Of a DNA stretch of 64,000 nucleotides, positions 55,928 to 64,000 are shown one piece after another. Under the pieces are notes generated by a model. The model saw only the letters and a program-made list of their open reading frames with translations, had not been told where the DNA came from and searched no databases. The translations under genes and the position numbers were made by a program. The stretch is from Kofleriaceae bacterium (GTDB taxonomy: Bacteria > Myxococcota_A > Polyangia > Haliangiales > Haliangiaceae), in the NCBI GenBank assembly GCA_020633495.1, contig JACKDR010000001.1:182105-246104 (forward strand), read 5' to 3'. The first letter of the stretch is position 1. Each line of letters starts with the position of its first letter.

Positions 55928-55993
55928 CCCTCGTCAGTACCACCACGCCGGCCCCGGGTTACCCGCCACGGCGCGCGGCGCGGCCGGCGCCGC

Positions 55994-56995
55994 TCACCAC
56001 TCCAGCAGGACCTTCCCGGTGGCCTGCTTGGTCTCCAGGCACGCGTGCGCGCTGGCGACGTCGACCGCCGGGAACACCTTGCCGACGTGCGGGGTCAGCG
56101 GCACGTCCTCGAGCGCGTCGAACGCGGTCGACAGCCGCGCGATCCACGCCGGGTCGCGCAGGACGTGCAGCGCGTTGAGCGCGTAGACCCCGGTGTTCTC
56201 GTCGAACAGCTTGAGCACCGAGATCCGGGGCGTGCGCAGCGCCGCCCACGCCATGCGCGGCAGGTTGCGGCGGCCATCCTTGACCCCCGAGTTGACGCCG
56301 ATGCAGACGATCCGCCCGGTGATGCCGAGCCGCGCCCGCTGCCAGGTGATCTCGGCGCCGCCGGAGGCGTTGAGGATGAAGTCGTAACCGCGCAGCGAGG
56401 CGTCGTTGCGGAACTCGTCGCGGGTGTACGCGATCGCGCCGTAGCCCTCGATGAACGCCTTCTTGTGCGGGCTCGTCGTCAGCCCGGTGACCTCGGCGCC
56501 GGCGTGGCGGGCCAGCTGCATCGCCAGCACGCCGACGCCGCCGGTGGCGCACTCGATCAGGACGCGGTCCCCCTTGCGGATCCGCGCCATCTCGAACAGC
56601 GCGACGTGCGCGGTGAAGAACGCCACCGGCATGGCGGCGCCGGCGCGCAGATCGAGGCCGCGCGGCACCCGCAAGACCTGGCCGGCCGGCACCGTGACCC
56701 GCGACGCGTAGCCGCCGAAGTAGGTCCCGGCGGCGACCAGGTCGCCGGGCGTGACGCCCTCGACGCCGGGGCCGACCTCGGCGACCCGACCCGAGACCTC
56801 GTAGCCGGGCACGAACGGCCGCTTCGGGGCATCGGGGTAGAAGCCGAGCCGCATCTGGACGTCGGCGAAGTTGACGCCCGAGTAGGCGACGTCGATCGCG
56901 ACCTCGCCCGGCCCCGGCGGCGTCGGCTGCCGGTCACGCACCTTCAGGGTCTGGGCCCCGCCGTACTTCTCGATCGCGATCTCCTGGAACGTCAT
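55994..56995 (-). CDS. Quinone oxidoreductase-like MDR-family dehydrogenase
   Basis: The MDR fold has a VAT-1/QOR-like layout. Confidence 0.8.
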   Translation of the reverse strand: MTFQEIAIEKYGGAQTLKVRDRQPTPPGPGEVAIDVAYSGVNFADVQMRLGFYPDAPKRPFVPGYEVSGRVAEVGPGVEGVTPGDLVAAGTYFGGYASRVTVPAGQVLRVPRGLDLRAGAAMPVAFFTAHVALFEMARIRKGDRVLIECATGGVGVLAMQLARHAGAEVTGLTTSPHKKAFIEGYGAIAYTRDEFRNDASLRGYDFILNASGGAEITWQRARLGITGRIVCIGVNSGVKDGRRNLPRMAWAALRTPRISVLKLFDENTGVYALNALHVLRDPAWIARLSTAFDALEDVPLTPHVGKVFPAVDVASAHACLETKQATGKVLLEW

Positions 56996-57037
56996 CTCCT
57001 CGGCTCCTCTACACTTTGAAAGGTTTCGAACTATCAG

Positions 57038-57065
57038 GACAAAAAAAGGGCGCGGCCCGGCCCGC
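57038..57065 (-). terminator. Putative intrinsic terminator (GC hairpin GGGCCGCGCCC followed by T7) after the ArsR gene
   Basis: The minus strand reads GCGGGCCGGGCCGCGCCCTTTTTTT immediately after the stop. A 7-T tract is conspicuous at 72% GC. Confidence 0.45.
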
Positions 57066-57374
57066 TCAGACCTCGACCGCGAACAGCGCGCGCAGCTCGT
57101 CCATGACCTCGGGCTTGACCGAGCAGATGAGCTGCTTGCCCTCCCGCTCGGTGTCGATCAGGCCGGCGTCGGCCAGCTCCTTGACGTGGTGGGACACGGT
57201 CGGGGCCCCGACCTTGAGCCCGTCGAGCAGCTTGGTCAGGAAGCAGTCGTGGACCCGGCCCTTGGCCAGATCCAGCCGGCTCTCCTCGAGCAGGTTGATG
57301 AACAGCTGCAGGCGGTTCTCGTTGCCGAGCGCCCGGAAGATCCGGGCCAGCCGCTTGGGATCGAGGTCCGCCAC
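57066..57374 (-). CDS. ArsR/SmtB-family transcriptional regulator
   Basis: A wHTH with the ArsR-like recognition helix (TVSHHVKELADAGLI) is present. Confidence 0.8.
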   Translation of the reverse strand: MADLDPKRLARIFRALGNENRLQLFINLLEESRLDLAKGRVHDCFLTKLLDGLKVGAPTVSHHVKELADAGLIDTEREGKQLICSVKPEVMDELRALFAVEV

Positions 57375-57431
57375 GGCCCATCAGTACGATGGTTGTCGAA
57401 GTGTGTCAAGCCCGGAGGCGGCGGTCGCGGC

Positions 57432-58016
57432 CTACTCGCGGGCCAGCCGGGTCAAGACCAGCTTCGACAGCCCCTTGAGCGTGTCGAACACGCCGGCGCC
57501 GGTCGCCGCCGCGGCCTCGAAGTCCGGGACCCCCAGCGGATTCACGGTCGCGCGCAGCTCGTCGACCGACATCACGTCGGGCAGGTCGCGCTTGTTGTAC
57601 TGGACCACGTACGGCAGCTTGTCGAGGGCGCCGCCGGTGTCGCGCAGGTTCTGCTCCAGGTTCTCGACGCTCTCGATGTTGGCCTCGGTGCGGCTGGGCT
57701 GCGAGTCGGCGACGAAGATGACGCCGTCGGCGCCCTTGAGCACCAGCTTGCGGCTGGCGTCGTAGAACACCTGGCCCGGCACCGTGTAGAGGTGGAAGCG
57801 GACCTTGAAGCCGCGCACCGAGCCGAGGTCGATCGGCAGGAAGTCGAAGAACAGCGTCCGCTCGGTCTCGGTGGCGAGCGTGATCATCTTGCCCTTCGCG
57901 TCGGGCTTGGTCTTCGAGAAGATGTGCTGCAGGTTGGTCGTCTTCCCGCACAGGCCGGGCCCGTAGTAGACGATCTTGCAGTTGATCTCCTTGGACAGGT
58001 GATTGACGTAGCTCAT
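57432..58016 (-). CDS. mglA: MglA, Ras-like gliding-motility/polarity GTPase
   Basis: I recall ~70% identity to Myxococcus xanthus MglA. The hallmark P-loop ([11 protein letters not shown]), the TVPGQ in place of DxxGQ, NKRD, and the intrinsic Arg ([10 protein letters not shown]) are all present. Confidence 0.9.
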   Translation of the reverse strand: MSYVNHLSKEINCKIVYYGPGLCGKTTNLQHIFSKTKPDAKGKMITLATETERTLFFDFLPIDLGSVRGFKVRFHLYTVPGQVFYDASRKLVLKGADGVIFVADSQPSRTEANIESVENLEQNLRDTGGALDKLPYVVQYNKRDLPDVMSVDELRATVNPLGVPDFEAAAATGAGVFDTLKGLSKLVLTRLARE

Positions 58017-58570
58017 CGCAGCTGACCCTCCAGGCGCGCGGCGACGCGGTCGATCACGGCGCGCACCTGGTCCGCCGAGTAGCCCAGGTGCGATCCCAGC
58101 TCGGTCAGCGCGGCGCCCTCGGGCGCGCCGAGCTCGCCGTCGGCCATCGCGATCAGCGCGACCAGCCCGAGGGTGTCGTCGACCAGCGAGGCGTCGACGT
58201 CGGCGGCGGCGCGGGCCAGCCGCGGCCCCCGCCCCATCGCCGCGACGCCGCGCTCGAGCTCGCGGAAGTTGGTCTCGAGCAGCTCGTGGTCGACGGCCTC
58301 GGCGGTCAGCTTCTCGAGCAGGCGGGCCAGGCCGCGCCGCTCCTCGTCGGCGAAGCCGTCGGCCGACGCGACCAGGAAGCCGAGCTCGACCACGGCCTGG
58401 AACCAGCGCGCGACGTCGAGGTCCTCGGGCACGGCGGCCATGGCCTGGGCGGCGCCGGTGCGCAGGCGCGCGGCGCGCGCGCCGTCCTCGGCGGCCACCG
58501 CGTACAGCGCCGCGGCCAGGCGCGCCGGTGGCGCCGCCGACAGCGCCACGATCGGAGCTGGATCCCCCAT
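58013..58570 (-). CDS. TerB-like (tellurite-resistance TerB / DjlA N-domain fold) protein, co-operonic with mglA
   Basis: Two ADGexxxxE-type TerB repeats are present ([16 protein letters not shown]; [17 protein letters not shown]). Its stop overlaps the mglA ATG (ATGA). Confidence 0.6.
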   Translation of the reverse strand: MGDPAPIVALSAAPPARLAAALYAVAAEDGARAARLRTGAAQAMAAVPEDLDVARWFQAVVELGFLVASADGFADEERRGLARLLEKLTAEAVDHELLETNFRELERGVAAMGRGPRLARAAADVDASLVDDTLGLVALIAMADGELGAPEGAALTELGSHLGYSADQVRAVIDRVAARLEGQLR

Positions 58571-58623
58571 GCCCCGAGCGTACGCGGCCGGCCCGGCGCG
58601 GGGAAGGGGCTGGGGCGGGCGCG

Positions 58624-59448
58624 CTACGGCGCGTCGCAGGGGACGCCGCCGATGGCGTCGATCTCGTTCCAGCCCGGCACCGCCGGCGAGTCGATCGTGA
58701 CCCGGATGGCGGTGATCGCGACGTCGGTGCAGCCGACCTCGACGTGGCGCCGGAACGCCGCCGACCCCAGCGCCGCCGCGGCGCCGTCGTAGGCGACCTG
58801 GTGGCTGCCGTCGACGCCGATCAGCTCGATCCGCGACACCGCGCCGGCGTTGAAGGTCTCGTAGACCTCGACCGCCGACAGCCGGTGCGGCGCGGCCAGC
58901 CCGACCTCGAGGGTCTCGACCCGGTCGTCGGCGCCGCGCGACGCCCACGCGCTGACCTGGTCGCCGGCCACCGGGTAGACGTCGGGCGGGCCCAGCACCT
59001 GCGCGGCCGACCAGCTGCCGTCGCTGTACTCGCTGGACGCCTCGCGCACCGTCGCCGCCCACATCACCGGTGGCGGTGCCGCCGCGATCGCCATCGCGGC
59101 GGGTCGCAGGCGCGCGGCGCGGTAGTCCTCGGCGCCGATGCGGCCGTGCTCGTAGTCGACGCAGGCCATGGCGGCGCGGACCACCGCGGCGCGATCGCGC
59201 TCGGCGAGCTGGCCGAGGTCCATGCCGGCGGGCAGCGCACACGGGTCGGGGCGCCGCGGCGGCGCGGCGCCGGTCATCGACGTGGTGACCGCGACGCCGG
59301 TGACGAAGCACAGGGCCGCGGCGGAGACCGCCAGAGCCGGCGCGGTGACGCGCAGCGGCGAGCGGACCGGGCGGAGGACGGCGGGAGCGGCGGGCGAACG
59401 TTCGGCCATGGACGGTCGAACGCACCAGGCCGGCGCTCGGTCCATCAC
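58624..59448 (-). CDS. Secreted hypothetical protein (start uncertain, possibly at 59409)
   Basis: It has a hydrophobic N-terminal segment and protein-like composition. Confidence 0.5.
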   Translation of the reverse strand: MMDRAPAWCVRPSMAERSPAAPAVLRPVRSPLRVTAPALAVSAAALCFVTGVAVTTSMTGAAPPRRPDPCALPAGMDLGQLAERDRAAVVRAAMACVDYEHGRIGAEDYRAARLRPAAMAIAAAPPPVMWAATVREASSEYSDGSWSAAQVLGPPDVYPVAGDQVSAWASRGADDRVETLEVGLAAPHRLSAVEVYETFNAGAVSRIELIGVDGSHQVAYDGAAAALGSAAFRRHVEVGCTDVAITAIRVTIDSPAVPGWNEIDAIGGVPCDAP

Positions 59449-59493
59449 GGGCCGGGCTCGTGCCCGCGGCGGCGGTCGCGACGGTCGCGGCGA

Positions 59494-60465
59494 CTACGGG
59501 GTCGGCGGTACCCGGACCAGCAGGATCTCGTCAAGGGAGCTCAGCATGGCCGAGAGGGTGTCGGCGCCGTCGCGCTGGCTGAGCCGGTTTTCCTGGTTGT
59601 AGTTGATCTTGAACAGGTTGCCCGTGTTGTCGCCGGCCAGCGGACCGGCACCTACATACCAGCCGCCGAAGCGCCACCACTGCACCAGGGGCCCGGTGTA
59701 GTCGAGCGGGTACGCCGAGTGGCTGACGATGCGCAGGTCGGGATCGATCGTGGTGTCGTTGCAGACGTCGCCGAGCGTGCACGAGGACCCGGTGGACAGC
59801 GCCTTCTCGAGGCTGGCGTAGCGCAGCGCGCTGTCGGCCGTCGCCGAGAAGCTCCCGACCACCAGGTAGTTGACGTCGGTGTCGGCGATCAACAGCTCGG
59901 TGCCGGTCGTGACCTGCGACGGCAGGATGTGGCCGGCGCACGCCGTGAAGGTGGTGCAGGTCGCGGCGCCGAACAGCGCCACCGGCCCACCGAACAGGCC
60001 GCTGGACGGCACGTAGCTGACGAGCTGCCAGCCACCGCCGGCGTCGGTCATGCGGCAGTACACCTCGACCGGGTCGTCGCCGAGATCGCCGTCGGGATCG
60101 ATCGTGTACAGGCCGTCGGGCGCGGCGGCGTCGGCGGCCAGGACGTCGCTGCAGTTGCGCGGGTGGGCCTCGCAGACGCCGCCGGCGCAGGCGCTGGACG
60201 CGCAGTCGGCGGCCGCGGCGCAGGCGTCGCCGATCGCGCAGGCATCGCAGGTCGCGCCGCCGCAGTCGACGTCGGACTCGTCGCCGTCCTGGACGCCGTC
60301 GGCGCAGGTCGGCATGGCGTCGACCGGGGTCGCGTCGACGACGCGCGCGTCGACCGGGTCGTGGCCGCCGCCGTCGGGGCCGGCGGCGGGGTCGTCACCA
60401 CAGCCCGCGGCCGCGGCGGCGACCCCGACCACGCAGGTAGACAGGAGCAGGCGAAGGTCGGGCAT
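59494..60465 (-). CDS. Lipoprotein with a Cys-rich module and a fibrinogen-related (FReD-like) domain
   Basis: It has a lipoprotein signal (LLLSTCVVGVAAAAAGC), a Cys-rich segment, and EVYCRMTDAGGGWQLV resembling the fibrinogen C-domain core. Confidence 0.6.
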   Translation of the reverse strand: MPDLRLLLSTCVVGVAAAAAGCGDDPAAGPDGGGHDPVDARVVDATPVDAMPTCADGVQDGDESDVDCGGATCDACAIGDACAAAADCASSACAGGVCEAHPRNCSDVLAADAAAPDGLYTIDPDGDLGDDPVEVYCRMTDAGGGWQLVSYVPSSGLFGGPVALFGAATCTTFTACAGHILPSQVTTGTELLIADTDVNYLVVGSFSATADSALRYASLEKALSTGSSCTLGDVCNDTTIDPDLRIVSHSAYPLDYTGPLVQWWRFGGWYVGAGPLAGDNTGNLFKINYNQENRLSQRDGADTLSAMLSSLDEILLVRVPPTP

Positions 60466-60537
60466 GAGAGCAGGGTCCCGCGGCGGCGACCACGGCACAT
60501 CACACGCCGATCTCACGGCGCCGGCCGCCGGCCCGCG

Positions 60538-63708
<3,171 letters not shown>

Positions 63709-63720
63709 GATGGCTGCCTG

Positions 63721-64000
63721 CTACGTCCGGTCATCGACGTGGTCCCCATCGTACAGGACCAGCTGGACCATGCCGCCGCCGTCGCTGCGGACCAGGTCGC
63801 CGCGGACCCCGCCGGCGCGCAGCCGCGCGCGCAGCCGCCCCAGCGCGACGTCCCAGCGGTGGCGCAGCTCCAGCGGCTCGGCGTCGCCCGGCCACAGCTC
63901 GCGGGCGACCAGCTCCCAGCTCACCGGCCCGCCGTAGGCGACCAGCTCGCCCAGGATCCGCGCGCCGGCGCCGCCGAACGTGACCACCGGGCGGTGCGGC
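63721..64000 (-). CDS. OmpR/PhoB-type winged-helix DNA-binding domain protein, partial (5' end beyond the window)
   Basis: A trans_reg_C-like segment is present (ELWPGDAEPLELRHRWDVALGRLRARL). Confidence 0.45.
   Translation of the reverse strand, partial: PHRPVVTFGGAGARILGELVAYGGPVSWELVARELWPGDAEPLELRHRWDVALGRLRARLRAGGVRGDLVRSDGGGMVQLVLYDGDHVDDRT

Noticed and set aside
58013-58570. An expected MglB (Roadblock/LC7) gene upstream of mglA
   Set aside because: The upstream protein has TerB-type ADG...EE repeats and no resemblance to Roadblock proteins. It is called TerB-like instead.

Overview
This is a ~72% GC chromosomal segment with a myxobacterium-like gene repertoire: many lipoproteins, two Ser/Thr kinases and an MglA polarity GTPase. 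Most long ORFs in the six-frame track are Arg/Ala/Gly-rich shadow frames and were not called; real genes were picked by protein-like composition, signal peptides, catalytic motifs, RBSs and the recurrent GTGA/ATGA stop-start overlaps.

Main content, in order:
- A secreted thermolysin-type M4 protease with a CUB domain and two proprotein-convertase P-domains.
- An MscS channel and a GreA-like factor.
- An intact IS630-family element (TA duplication, 9-bp terminal inverted repeats, -1 frameshift at an A8 tract) inserted exactly at the stop codon of the preceding gene.
- A 12-kb translationally coupled operon zwf-pgl-glk-pgi-tal-gnd-GH63-glycogen debranching enzyme, then a YaeQ-family gene.
- A putative exopolysaccharide locus: a processive GT2 synthase, a WbqC-like protein and a PIG-L deacetylase, divergent from a trio of membrane coiled-coil, secreted beta-rich and lipoprotein genes.
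- An inverted pair of (GTGCCC)n/(GGGCAC)n minisatellite arrays bracketing a 3-kb segment (DMT transporter, SDR, Gly/Tyr/Asp-repeat lipoprotein).
- A membrane-anchored Ser/Thr kinase, a ComEC-like MBL hydrolase whose signal peptide is in a different frame from its catalytic domain, a VOC enzyme and an ABC-F ATPase.
- A three-lipoprotein operon in which two members each carry a single CxxCH motif.
- A FATP-like acyl-CoA synthetase and a frameshifted PDZ plus alpha/beta-hydrolase gene.
- A radical SAM/SPASM maturase next to Cys-rich small proteins.
- LysM and OmpA lipoproteins.
- A TerB-like-MglA-ArsR operon.
- A fibrinogen-like-domain lipoprotein and a kinase with WD40 repeats.

No rRNA, tRNA or CRISPR was found.
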